From Tricharina praecox (lineage: Eukaryota), in NCBI RefSeq assembly GCF_024521635.1, contig NW_026250407.1, positions 1,302,001 through 1,366,000 of the forward strand: 64,000 nt of DNA. Reading direction: 5' to 3'. A program made the position numbers and the translations under genes. This document shows, one piece after another, positions 34,501 through 47,490 of this stretch; positions within the stretch are counted from its first letter, which is position 1, and each line of letters opens with the position of its first letter. The notes beneath the pieces were generated by a model. That model had not been told where the DNA came from. It saw only the letters and a list, made by a program, of their open reading frames with translations, and did not search any database.

Positions 34501-35703
34501 TCCGGATCGGATTCTCTCCCTGGGAAATGTCTGCGACACGGACGTTCTCGATGAAGCCTGGTAGTGATGCTTGCATCACGTCTTCGATGGTATCCGCGAT
34601 CGAGACAAACATATCTGGGTTGACGAGTGACCATACGAGTCCAACGAGGCTGTTCATCCATTCGACGGATTCAGCTATACACTGTCAGAACACATTAAAA
34701 TTGCACCGGGAATATTCGACGTACGAATCAAGTTGCTGACTGCCGTCTCGCCGCGCTTCTTCTCAGACGCCCAGTCCACGTTTCTAAGCCCGTTAGTGCG
34801 TGCGAGATAACTCCAATTCCAAAGGCACAACTCACCTAGCTTCGTCCATGACACCTCTGCACCAGTACCACACGCCTCCCGAGACCGAACCGGCGATGAG
34901 AATCAGGGCCCAAAGAGAGCCTCCGCCGAGGAGTTTCCCAAGCACCAGGATAGTTGCAAAGATGCCCCCGCACAGAAAGGTTGCCTTCTGTTCGAAAGAC
35001 GCGAAAACAGTATCACTCAAACTCAGGGTCGGTGTGGCGTGGAAAAGCACCTGATTCCGCAGTCAGATCACAGCTTCCCGAGTCTCTACACCAACAGCTT
35101 ACATTCGTTTTCTCGCCACGGATCGGTACATCGACTGTAGTTCCGGGCTTCACTGGCGCCGGCGGCGCAGTAACATCCTGTTTCTCTTTGTATTCGTCCA
35201 TCGGTTGGGTCGGACTTGCGAAATCATTTTCCTGCCAGTAAATCAGCACCTTCCTCCCAGTACAATCACCTCGGCAAAAAAGAACCTACAGAAACCACCC
35301 CCGGTTGTCCTGGTATCGCCGTCTTCGGCACAACGACACTTGGCTTTCCGGCCACATCCTGAAAGTCCGAAGTTACATCCTCGATAACGACCTCCTTTCC
35401 CGTGGTGGGATCCTTCACGGTCCTCCTGTTTCCCTCCTTCGAACCCTGGCCTTTCTTCAACGCCTTCGTCTGGTCGCGCGCAGACGGATGTGCATCCGCC
35501 TTTTTGGTCTTTCCTCCACTGTCCCCCTCTTCTCCTCCTCCTCCTCCTCCTCCCTCTTGCTCATGCTGCGGTTGCTCGTACTGCGGCTCTCCTGGCGCCG
35601 GTCGTGATTGTGGATCCGGGAAGCGCTCACGTTGGTCCCGCAAGAAGTCGGCGACTTTGGGGATCGGAGTGTTACCGGAATATGGATGCGTATTCTTCGA
35701 CAT
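31587..35703 (-). CDS. Mug190-like tricalbin/extended-synaptotagmin-type protein (TM hairpin, SMP-LTD, two C2 domains), 8 exons
   Basis: V.DPTTGKEV.IED, hydrophobic hairpin, PESVEWMN, VRLRLQL.P..PF, SDAYIT..FSK.GKPMY.TRVI.DDLNP.W, WDSDRFTADD, RRHRGLMQWKP.R...REPDVETEV. Seven frame-restoring introns, one with a GC donor (33714-33765). Confidence 0.88.
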
Positions 35704-36918
35704 TGCGGCGCAGTTATCTTCGCAAAGATCAGTAAGTGAACACCTACTGCGTCCGAGGAAAAACGAAGGAGTTTTGTTGTTTGAATTGTTGTATGGAAGT
35801 TGCTCTCGGCGAGCGTGACGTAGGCCAAGCCAGGACGCTCCTCTACTCTAAATTGAGTGCGACCAACTCTACATCATGGTGACGGAGTAGCCGTTCGGTG
35901 CAAGAAAATATCGAACGGCCAAGATCAGGGATTTCCCTCAGACGGCCCAGAGGATTTGCAGCAACCCGGATCTCAACACGGGAGAGTACGCGGCAAGGCC
36001 ACTTCACGACGTCTCACGCTTGCCGCAGGCTGCAGCACCGAGTTCCTGGCTCCGATGATTTTCGAAAGTTGGTTTAGCGAGATTGCGACGGATGAGCCAA
36101 ACTCTGGCACGTGCGGGATCAGAGTCGCGAACGGTACTCTGGAGTAAAGTATCCTGTCTGCCACCGATACCGGTATTCTTGGACTCGTCTAACTGTCCTG
36201 TTGTCTGTGGCCAGGAACTGGAGTACAGTACAGTCACCAAACTCACCACAGCAAACGTCCGCTCGGCGATAAGATCCGATCATAAGATTTGCATCTATAT
36301 ACCGCGCGCGAAAGTTCGAACCCAGGTTTTCGCACATGGCGGGAACGTAAGTTACGTAACTAGTGTACTGGAAATAGTCGAGCGGCCTAGTTGCGCTAAG
36401 CTGCCAGCTCCAACTTTCAAGTGTCCCAGCTTGCAGCTCGCAGCCTCGTTTGAGGGACGGCTAAAGTTTTCGAACAAGGCTTCCCCGCACCCCTACTATA
36501 GGAGCATGGAGTCTGCCTGGATGTTCAGCAGTAGAGTGCGTACATAATTTTGCGAAGAGCCTTCAGCTATCTGGATATTTTCGAGTTGGCCACCCAACGC
36601 AAATGCCCGCTTCAACTGGCTTCAGACGGCCTCGAGCCTGCTAAAATCGTACCGTGCCAGACTTCGATAGAGACAAGACAGGAATTCATTCACATGTTCG
36701 GTAGATCATAAGCTCCAGCACTTGAGTAAGCACACCGAGTCACCGAGTATTTCCTCGTGAGCGCAAATAGATGATGTAACACACGCCGGCAAACTCGGTT
36801 GCACGGCTCCCCGCGGCCTCGGCATAGCTTTTTCCTCGAAGCTACCCCGCCACCAACCCCCACCGTCGTCGTCAAAGCTTCATTTCCTATGGTTATCTGC
36901 TCCACCACCAGCCCAACC

Positions 36919-37971
36919 ATGACGCGCCCACTGCCCCTCGTTCGAACGCTCTCGTACCCCGCGCCGTCCCGTCTGTCGCGCCCACGACGACACCTACGAT
37001 CGTTCACATCGCTGCCACGGTTCTCTGGCACCTCAGTCCGCATCGTCGAAGTCGGCGCGCGCGACGGGCTGCAAAACGAAAAAACCACTGTCCCACTCGA
37101 AACCAAGCTCGAGCTGCTCTCGCGCCTGAGCAAGACCGGGCTACGGCACATCGAAGCGGGCAGTTTCGTCTCTCCCAAATGGGTACCGCAGATGGCGAAC
37201 ACGTCCGCGATCCTGTCGCACCTCGAGGCCACGAAGGACGCGGAGCCGCGGCACCACGACATCACGTACTCGTACCTCGTCCCGAACGAGAAGGGCCTCG
37301 CCGGCTTCCTGCACGAAAAGCCCACGCCCGGCACCGGCAACGAGATCGCCGTGTTCGCGTCTGCGTCCGAGGGCTTCTCGCAGAAGAACCTCAACTGCTC
37401 CATCGCCGAGTCGCTGCAGCGCTTCGTCCCCGTCGTTGAAAAGGCGCTGAAGAGCGGCTTCCGCGTGCGCGGCTACGTCAGCATGGTCATTGCGTGTCCG
37501 TACTCCGGTCATACGCCGCCAGAGGCCGTCGCCGGCGTCACCCAGAAGCTGCTGGATATGGGCTGCTATGAGGTCTCGCTCGGCGATACGAATGGCGTCG
37601 GCACCCCTGGCACCGTCGCGAAGCTGCTGCGCTGTCTGATCAATGAGAGGTGCATTCCCGCCGAGAAGCTGGCCGCACACTTCCATGATACCTACGGCCA
37701 GGCGATCGTCAATTCGCTGGTCGCCCTCGAGCACGGCATCAGGACGTTCGATTCTAGTGTGGGCGGGCTGGGTGGTTGTCCGTATGCTGCGGGCGCCACC
37801 GGAAACGTCGCAACTGAGGACCTGGTGTACTTCTTGGAGGGCACGGGCGTGCACACCGGCGTGGACCTGGAGCAGCTGGCGAGCGTCGGCGAGTGGGTGA
37901 GCAAAGTGCTGGGAAGGCGCAATGGAAGTAGAGTCGGCAGGGCACTGGCGGGCAAGAGGAGTGTGATGTAG
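36919..37971 (+). CDS. HMGCL: Hydroxymethylglutaryl-CoA lyase, probably mitochondrial, intronless
   Basis: VEVGARDGLQNE, IEAGSFVSPKWVPQMA, GCYEVSLGDT.G, HFHDTYGQA, GLGGCPYA.GATGNVATED; Arg/Ser-rich presequence. Confidence 0.95.
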   Translation: MTRPLPLVRTLSYPAPSRLSRPRRHLRSFTSLPRFSGTSVRIVEVGARDGLQNEKTTVPLETKLELLSRLSKTGLRHIEAGSFVSPKWVPQMANTSAILSHLEATKDAEPRHHDITYSYLVPNEKGLAGFLHEKPTPGTGNEIAVFASASEGFSQKNLNCSIAESLQRFVPVVEKALKSGFRVRGYVSMVIACPYSGHTPPEAVAGVTQKLLDMGCYEVSLGDTNGVGTPGTVAKLLRCLINERCIPAEKLAAHFHDTYGQAIVNSLVALEHGIRTFDSSVGGLGGCPYAAGATGNVATEDLVYFLEGTGVHTGVDLEQLASVGEWVSKVLGRRNGSRVGRALAGKRSVM

Positions 37972-40241
37972 GCTTGTGGTGCTGGTGTGATATCCTTTGC
38001 ATTCGTTCACTTTCATTTATCTTCTGGGCGCTAGATGGAGTTGGTGTAGAGTTCCTCGGTTCGGAGCTGCGATCATTATGTACGGTCTTTATGCATAGCA
38101 ATATATTGGTTTGAATTCGGACATTATCGTGGACCATCCAAGTACGTGACCGTAAACAAACCACTGGTCCAGCCGCATGTTGCACTTCTGGCGCTCAGTA
38201 GCAGCCGCGGGCTATTGACGAACGGCCGCCCACCGAGCTTCAAGGATGAATGGCATCCTACACAAACGTCCGATCAGTCCCTGCCGCACAGCGGACCAAC
38301 ACTCCTGCACGATCCGTCACTCGGAATAGTCGCCGAACCGGTGCATAGGAAATACAACGTGAGCATTTCGCCGCGGTAACTTTTGCTGCAGTCATTCGCT
38401 CCCGGTATCACTATAGTACCCAGATCTATGTACATGCGTGTTGTCTGCTCTCGTCCACCGCCACGCCCAGCAGACAAGATACCTACCACCATGGCCGCCC
38501 ACCCTCGTTCCCACCGCTAGGTATACGGAAACTCAAGTCGAGATCATCACCCACTCATTCCGAAGGACGGGCAACAAAAAACAGGCTTCACTCTGGGGCG
38601 GCGAGGATACAGATCATCGTCCAGGTTGGAGATTGATCTGTGGCTCTTGTAAAGAGTTCAGATGGGACGGTTTACTATAGAAATTATCCCTGGATGGATA
38701 GATAGTGTTAGTATTGTGGTATATAGGGGCGGGAGAAGGGAGGCGGAGGTAGGAGGCGGAGGTTGGGGGTAGGAGGCGCAGGTAGGGGGTACGAACTATG
38801 AAGTAAAGTCGACATACCGTCCAAGAGATGGGGAGAGGGGGGGTTATATGTAAATGTCGGAGTCGGCGAAAGTTTGCTTGTCAAGCCCTACTCACGCCTA
38901 GTAATTGGGCGAGCACAAGCCCTTCCACGTGATACTGCCGTGTGACTGACCATGATGCAACTTCTCCTGAGACCAGAGGTTAGTGCATGACACTCACTCG
39001 CTCAGCCACTTATCAAAGTACCCACAGATTGGGAAAACCCGCGAATACCTGCTCCACCAATATTTTCAAGCATTGGAGGGTGCCCTGTAATGATACTGCA
39101 CCAATTGTCCCAACCAACCATTAACGCTTCCGAAATCCTCGCATATGTCAGAGAATTTCCTCATTGTTGAAAGAAGAGAATATCCCCTAAGCCCTTGTGC
39201 ACCAAGAGTTTCACAGACGTAGCGGAATTGGTGGTGTCTGTTGAATCCCAATCCACACCCGGACCGGCGTTTGCAGCAGCAGGTGGGTGGGGGATGCTAT
39301 CCCACCACCACGACTCATCGAGTGACCGCACATGAAGAACGCACGAAAGCAGCGACCTGACTGCGAAGTTCACCGTCGAGACGCCAGCCGGTATCCAGCG
39401 CGACGGCGTATGCTCGAGAGATGCAGATTGCCGACCCTAGTGAGAGCCTTGCTACATACACTACAATACACTACACTGCACTGCACTATACTGCACAACA
39501 CTACAGCACCCAGGCCGCCGCGCATCTTCGCCGCCACCGCACATGGCCTCACTCGGGCCGGGCCTCACTGTGCGCCGAAGAGCCGGTGGTCTGTGGTCTG
39601 TGGTCTGTGGCCGCGGAACAGGCAGGCGAGGCAGCAATACTATATGTAGTAGATATACATATAACGGCTATTACTCTATGAAACATCTACTCTACTCTAT
39701 CTACTCTACTCCATAGTACCTAGGTGGTAGATAAATAACCACCAGCCAGGCAGGCTCATATACCTGGGGCATACATACCTCTATATATAGGTGGTATATA
39801 TGCCGTAGCATGAATCTATCAAGATTCAATCCGTGGCCGGCTAAATCCTGTACATATCAAGATACAAGTTCATACGCAAAGGTAGGTATGCAGACATCGA
39901 GCTCAGACTACGCCGTACCATATACCTAGATCCATATAGATACTGGGTAGTAGGTAGTAGGTATAGTAGTATATAGCCGATACCAACGTATCCGTACTCT
40001 ACATACCCAGAGTCCAGAGTCTACATAGAGTACCCGTGTTGAAGCAAGTAAAGTACCAGTACTCTATCTACCCAGATGGGCAGAATACCATACCGTCAGC
40101 CTCCTTTCAAGCTTCATCGCTGACTCGCTAGACGCCCACGTACGGCCGCCGGGAGCGCTACTATATAGCCTCCAGCCCCTAATACCTATAGCAGTTAGTA
40201 GCCCCCATTGCCGGCTTGACGTCCAAAGTTCGAAGCTCCAC

Positions 40242-40280
40242 GACGAAGACGAAGACGAAGACGAAGACGAAGACGAAGAC
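40242..40280. repeat. (GACGAA)n microsatellite
   Basis: About 6.5 perfect copies. Confidence 0.9.
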
Positions 40281-41538
40281 GTCTGTGGGGAAGCCGCGTG
40301 GTGCTGCGTTCAGGCTCCGACTGTTGGCGAAATACCTACTTTACTTTCTGCTATGTATAACCAGCTATACGGTGAACTGGTAGTTACTAGTAGTTATCCG
40401 AGTCGTAGCAATTTTGGCACGCGGTGTGGAGCCGGGATCCGGGGGCCGGTTGAGTATGTAGTGGGTGTGCGGGCCTTGATCGATGTTCTCATAGGGTTTG
40501 GGGGTTTGGGGGGTTTGGGTGGGGGTTCTATCTTCTGCTAGGTACCTAGGGTGATGGTATGTAGATGTGTGTAGATGTGTGTAGATTGAGTAGTGTAGAA
40601 TAGTGAAGTGGGCACCTATGATATGTGCTAGTGGTATGTACCTAGGTAGATCGGCAATATGAATTATCACGCTGTCCCTGCATCTCTACAGTCTACCACC
40701 TAGTGCCGGTATATAGGGGACACTGACGGGCCGGTGAGAATAGACTCTACCCACTCGACTCTACTCCCCTCTGGGGAATATTGCCCAGTTATCCGTGATT
40801 ATACTTCGCACTTTGATATCCGGAACGGCCCTTCGCCGTGGAAATGGGGCAAAAGACGCGCCAGATTATAGTATGATACTATAGTAACTGCATAACCATC
40901 CCCCTAGACATGCTAGTTGTCCGATCAAAAGCTTGACTGTAGTCTGTGGTGGATGGATGGCCGCACATCGAGTTCCGAGCCGGTTTACCGAGCCCAGCTA
41001 GGCCGCATGGCACGAGTTATTTAGAGCACCTGCGTACCTGCATAGATTGTATGTATATGCCATGAAGCCGGAACGGCGGACAGTCGACGGCGTCTGTTGG
41101 GAAGCGATTCTTGTTGTTACCGGGTACGTACTGTAGATAGTCGGAATCCATAGCTTACTGCCTAGCGTAACTAGAGTGGAGCACATGCGAAATGGAGCTT
41201 TGAGAAACGAGGCGACGAGGCGTCCGTCGTGATTCGTGACTGGCTGCACTGCACTGCACGTCTGAATTTGGCGAAGCGAGGTCGGACCGGCCAAAGATCA
41301 TGGGTTGGGTTTAAATGAGCAGGTATGATACGGTACGGTACCGCATGTAAGCAAGCGGTGCTTGACATACGCACGGGGGGAGGAAGGGGGAGGGGGGTGT
41401 TGTGGCGTGATGTAAGTATGCAGCGTGAGTACACTGCGTTTTGCCCGCTCGAGGCACGCCAGAGGAGAGAAGAGAAGAGCAGAGAAGAGGAGAGAGAAGC
41501 AGAGAGAGAAGCAGAGAGAGGTGCTGACTGCCTGCCAA

Positions 41539-41611
41539 GTGCTCACTGCTCAGTGCTCACTGCTCAGTGCTCACTGCTCAGTGCTCACTGCTCACTGCTC
41601 AGTGCTCACTG

Positions 41612-41654
<43 letters not shown>
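41539..41654. repeat. Compound repeat: 7-bp GCTCA(C/G)T units followed by (TAC)n
   Basis: About 10 heptamer units, then about 14 TAC units. Confidence 0.9.
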
Positions 41655-44600
41655 AGGATATGCGCGCGGGTAGAGCACCACACATAGCGAATGTGTTGTG
41701 CTGGAATGTCAGAAAGCCTCTTGGGGAACAGATTCTCGCGTATTCCATGCAGGTACGTGCATGGAGTACGGTGCACCCCACTCCCCGGTGAGGACCGACG
41801 TAAAGTAGAGTAGAGTACATATGCCACCACACGTCGAGACGGGGTCGGGAGGGGGGGCGTCAACAAGGCTGATGGTTGTGGTGGTGGTGGCTATCTGATG
41901 ACGAGAGAGATGGGGCCACTCCTCTCCGTGGTCGAATGGGCTTTTCTTTCTCTCTAGCAGCCACAGAGGCGGCTAGGCAGGCAAGGCCCAATAGAGAAGC
42001 GGTACATAGTACGAGTATGTTCATACCCTGTGGTTGGGGGCGGGGAGCCTGATACGGTGCGATACGATGCGCAGTTCAGGAGAGAGAGAGCCGCCTGAGA
42101 GCCTGAGGATGCCATGCAGCCGTGAGATCTCCGAGTGCTCGGCGGTGTTGCGTTACGGTTCCCCTGGTTGGTGTCGATCAGGCACCAGTTGTATCTGATT
42201 CGCAGGAGGCAGGTGTGAAAGACTGACCGGACGATGGTTATGGTTATGGTTATGCGAATTGAATACGAGCACGCGCAGGTGTGAAGGCGCTACTCTGTGA
42301 ACCACGGAGAGGCAGATGTGTGTGTGGGAGGGAACCCTTACTCTTTTTTCTTTTCTTTTCTCCCTTTTCCTCTCCCTGGCACCTGTTCCTCGCTCTCGCT
42401 GACGGTCATACTCGAGACCTTCTGGATTGGTCGATCTCGCGCTCGGCGACACGGCACGCTCGCTCTCACGCTTTCTCACGCTCTCTCACCCATTCTCACG
42501 CTCTCTCACCCATTCTCTCAAAGTCCCGCCCCTCCCGTCCCCCGCATGTCCCAGTCCCACTCGATAGCGGGCTATGGCGGGATAGTAGCTATCTCATCAT
42601 CGAAATATCGGCAAGATCTCCATCGCCGCCGCTCAGCCGTTTTGTCTTTCAACTTTCGCGTTTCTCCTGCCTGCCTGCAGCTGCAGCTGCAGGCTTCTTT
42701 TCTGTTCTGCCGGGCGGTCGCGGAACGGAGAAAAAAAAACGCACCGTCGCTTGAATGACCACCCAAGTACCGCATTCTCCCCGCAACAAACCTTTTCGGC
42801 GAATTATTGACGAGCGCCGGCGGCGGCGTGACGGCGTCTCAGCTTCCTTCCGGCTCTCGAAACGCTCCCCCTTCCCCTCCCTTGCATCTTGGTAATGGCC
42901 ACTTGATCCCTATCCTGCGCCGCTGCGCGCGTGCGTCACACTTGGCAGTTATGCCCGATCGGAGGGAATCGACCCAGACTTCTGACTCCCAGACTGATTC
43001 CTAGACTCCCAGACGCCAGAAGTTCCGACGGGAGTTCCGACGGGAGTTTTGGTGACTGGACTGGAGGCTGCAGCTGGGCTGCATAGGTTAACATAAGTGG
43101 ACTAGGTATCTATGTATCTACTATCGACACTCAGTACTCTACATACGGGATGGATGGATGGATGGGTGTTTGTTGTTCGAAACTCTAGTTATGTAACTCC
43201 TTGGTTCACACACCCACACACAGCCACACACCATCTGGGATTCTGGGATTCTGGGATTCTGGGTACCCAGGTATGCGATGCGGATAAGGCCGGATTACTA
43301 GTCCCAAATCCCAATATCATATGCCACCATGTGCATCCTTATACCCTTTGTATCTAGAGTAGATACGAGGTTCTGAAGAATCTTCGTTGTCCGGATAGAA
43401 CGGATAGATATGTAAATGAGAGTGTATCCCACCAGCACAGGAGCAAAGGAGCTCACGAGGATTTATTTCGTTCGTTGGTCGATGGACGTTCTATTCTTAC
43501 ATACTCTACTCTACTCGCAGCTTCGGCACGTCTCGGCTCGCAGCTGGCAGCTGGCAGGATCCGATCAACTCCTGCCCTGCCTACTCGCTCGCAGCTTGTC
43601 CAGTGCTCACGCGCGCTCAACTTGGATGCTCATATCAGCACTAACTAATCACTTTTTTTTCTCTCGTTTGGTTGTTTTTTTTTTTTTGGTTTTCTTTCGC
43701 CTCACCTCTGTCCTCACCGGATATGATGAATCCTGAATCCTGAATCCACCCGCTTCGCTCGGATGATGGATCGGATCCGCGGGACTGCAGGATTGTGGGA
43801 CCGGTAGGGACGGAGGGACGGAGTTCGAAGCTGGAGTTCGGGACCACTTGTATGCAGTCTGCGATATCACCCCCCGTCCCCCGTGACATCCGCTGTCAAC
43901 GCTGCGGCGCGGCGCGGTGAGACGATGTAAGGCGAGGTGAGCCACTCCGAGTATGTACATATGTAGCATAGATAGAGTGCCTTCATACAATGCTAATCCC
44001 AAATCCCAAATCCTACCCCACATCCACATCCCCATCCCCATCCTCAAAGGCTTGGTCTTAAGGCTTGGTCTTAAAGGCTTGGTCTTACATGAAGGTTTGG
44101 AGGCGCATGTTGACTCACCGGCGGCCGCTTCGAGTAAGTACCGGACGAGTGGTTCGTGGGAGTTTGAGGAGGTGGTAGAGGAGGTGGCGTGCTCCAGCGA
44201 GTTGGACGAGTTGGATTCATCGAAATTGAATGTCTGTATCCGGTCGACGCCGGCGCCGGGGGTGAAGCGTGAAGAGCAAAGGGCGTAAGATTTCCCAACT
44301 TGCACTTGCACATGGTATGTTGACTTGGGAGTTGGGCTCGCCTAAGGGAGCTTTGTAGTTACATAATTAGTTAGTGCAATGCACGGTATGGTGGCGGTGG
44401 TTGTCGCTATTGTCGCTGTTGTCGTTGTCGTTGTCGTTGCCGTTGCCGTTGCCGTTGCCGTTATTGTGGTCGTGGACCGTGATGGACGGACCGTGATGAT
44501 GGCGGAGGGTTCGAGTATAATCGAGCATAATCGACCACACATAGTAATCTCCATGCAGCGGAGTCACTAGTTGAATACGTACGTAACCTACGGTACGGTA

Positions 44601-47490
44601 TCTACACGGATATACATATTTAGGTATGGCGAAATTGAAGACGTTGACCGCGTCGATCACCAGCGAATCGATCTGATCGCACGGCCGACCTCGCGGACCG
44701 TGACGGAGTCAATCCTCAGCCCTTGCGGGGACGCTGAACGTACCGCAGTTCAGCTTCGGTTCGTCTCGCCTCGCCTCGTCTCTTCTCGTGGAACGTATGT
44801 GCTCCAAGATCTGACAACGTTACGCCGCGAGGCTGAGCCTCCGATCAAGGCCTTACTTTCTTCATTCTTCGTCCTTCTCCTCCTTCAATGCGACATGCGC
44901 AAGTGTGCGGCAAAAAAAAACACATCCTCTATGTAGTTATTGGCGGAGGCCTGGGAGTATGTAGAATACCTGAATCCTGGGGTAAGATCGTCGAAACACG
45001 GAAACGACCAATCAGCAACGAAAGCATAAATGAGGCTGAGGCCGCCCGTATCAAACGTATTAAACGGAGGGACGGAAATAGAATGTCACCCGATCCCCCT
45101 CGTAACCATCGTGGTGCTAGTAGAGTGAGCAGAGTGCTCTAGCTAAGGTCGAAGGTAGGTCGAAGGTCGAAGGGTGCAGCCATCATCCTGCTTCCATGGG
45201 CTCGCATGGAGAGTATGTAACGATTCGACTCGAATCTGGAAGCACTCTACTACTATTCTGTTAGATGGTAGATGGCAGAGTTTCTCGATCCATAAACCTA
45301 GTCCAATCGCTTCAAACGGGGGGTAGCTTTGCGTTCAACTTTTATGTACCTTCACCATCGTCGTCACCATTATCATCAACGTCGTCAAGAAGACGCCAAC
45401 TTACGCCGACATCGTGCCAGCTCAGCATCCGCATCCGCATTGGCATCGGCATCGACCACCTTGGCAGCAGCAGCACTCGCTGTACTCTACATATCTATGT
45501 GTCGAACATTCACGTCCGTCCGGAACGGAGTGGCGCGTTTCGCAGGATGGAGATTGCGATGGACTGTGGTTAGTTACAGTTGGGGTGTCACCGTGTCGGT
45601 TCCGAGTTCTGCCCAGTGTCTGGGCGTGCTTGGCTATACACCCTAACTAACTAACGGAACGGATGGAGAGGGAGGGAGGGAGGGAGGGAGAGCGAAAAGG
45701 GATCCGGGGAAGTTGGGCTTACCTGGATATGCCCCGACCGTGCGGAGGCTCCAAGTTCCCATCATATGCTACCTACTCCACATAGACACCCGTGGGTTGG
45801 TGAGTGGGTGGGTGGGTTGGTAGGGTATCGCTGGATGGACTGGGAACCGTACTCTACTATTGCTACTTCCGCCGAGATGGAGTCGGGGCGACGCTGGAAG
45901 AAGACAGGAACGAGATCTCCGGCCTCCGGGTAATAGGTGACTAGATATGCTTCCTATTCTGTGCAGCGCTGTTCCCACATGCTGGTCTAATCGACTAACC
46001 TAGAGCCGATGACTCCATACATCACTATATCGCGTGCAGCCGTCGTCTCGAAGGAGTCGATAGATCCAAACGCTTCTCCCATATAGAGCACCTCCTGGTC
46101 ATAGCTACTAGTAGCATAGAGCTCTCGGTACATCCTCCATCATGGTGCCTACTGGCAGCTGGCACACTGGTGACTGCGGCCTCAAATGGGTAGCGTGGGA
46201 GGGCTGAAGTCTCTGCGCCAATCCGCGTCGTGTGTAGCGCCGTCACCTTCCCTCCTTTGGTGCGCCCAACCACGCCTGATTGGGGCGGGACGAGGGCTTG
46301 CCGTTCGTTCCACGTTTCGAAATGTCCAATCCAGGGAGAGGAGGGGGGGCGGCGCCAGGCTTACCGCATCGAGAAACGAACAAGACTTTGACATTGCTTT
46401 TCGCTCAGGCCTACTCCTGAGCGAGGTTCGGGGACAAGGCCAAGCCAGTGAGCGAGGCAGAGAGGCAGAGAGAGAGAGAGACAGACAGAGAGAGAGAGAG
46501 AGAAAGAGAATCAGCCTGTTGTTGTTATTGTTGTTGATGTTGATGTTGATGATGTTGTTGATGTTGTTGCTCGTGTTGCTCGTGTTGTTGTTGCAAGGGC
46601 CAAGCCCAAGCCCGCAAACGAGACCAGACCAGAAGAGCCGAACAGAGGACCACAGAGATCTCAGCACCACACGAGTGACCCCCAGATGTGTCTCGGGCTG
46701 TGTGTTCTCCGCGAAGGGCCACGCGGGACTCGGATGCCCGTGATGCTCGCAAACGGGCGAACGAGCGGAGTCGCCAGGGACATCACGAACGCTGAGCGTC
46801 GACATCTCCGGCCTCCGGCCTCCAGCCACGCTCGTCCTCCTGCGGATTCCCGCCCACACGCACCCTCGCACCCTCGCACGCGCGCTGCCATGGCTCCGGT
46901 GCCGACGTTGCTTCACATCCGTATTGCCGCTCCCCAGGCAAGGCCTCCCTCTGATCGGGTGATCCATGATGCCCATTGAGCTGGCGGCGACAGGCCAGGC
47001 GCAGCTGTTGGTCCCTGGTGGTGATTGAAAGCTTAGCATTCGTGCCACCCAGCCAATAATCAAGGCAACCATCCCCCCCTCCCCCACCCAGGGCGGATGA
47101 CGGCGGTTGTGAGGATATCTCTTCCGGCGTAGCGTGATTGGGCCATGCACCCTGAAGGAGCGAGGGAGCGAGGGAAGGTGGGTGAGAGGGAGGGAGGGAG
47201 GGATGGAGGGATGCTTTTTCGGGAACGAGCGTAAAGGCCCTGGGGAGCGCGGTTTCGCTGAAGCGATCCTACCACCCTGCTGCAAATATAAGTGGGCCGC
47301 GCCCTCCCCCTCTTCCTGAATATTCAACACCGCAGCTTCATCGGATTCCTGGGTTCACTCGTTATCCCCAAGATCCTCCGAGTTCTTTCTTACCAACTAA
47401 AAAACTAATTCAACTTTCGAGCCCTTTCGTTTTTTGTCACGACCTTTTTACTTCGATAGTCATTCCTTCCCTTCGAGGCGTTTAGCGGTC

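Noticed and set aside
36310..36330. GTTCGAAC B-box-like motif (possible tRNA)
   Set aside because: No cloverleaf or A-box; no tRNA gene supported anywhere in the window.
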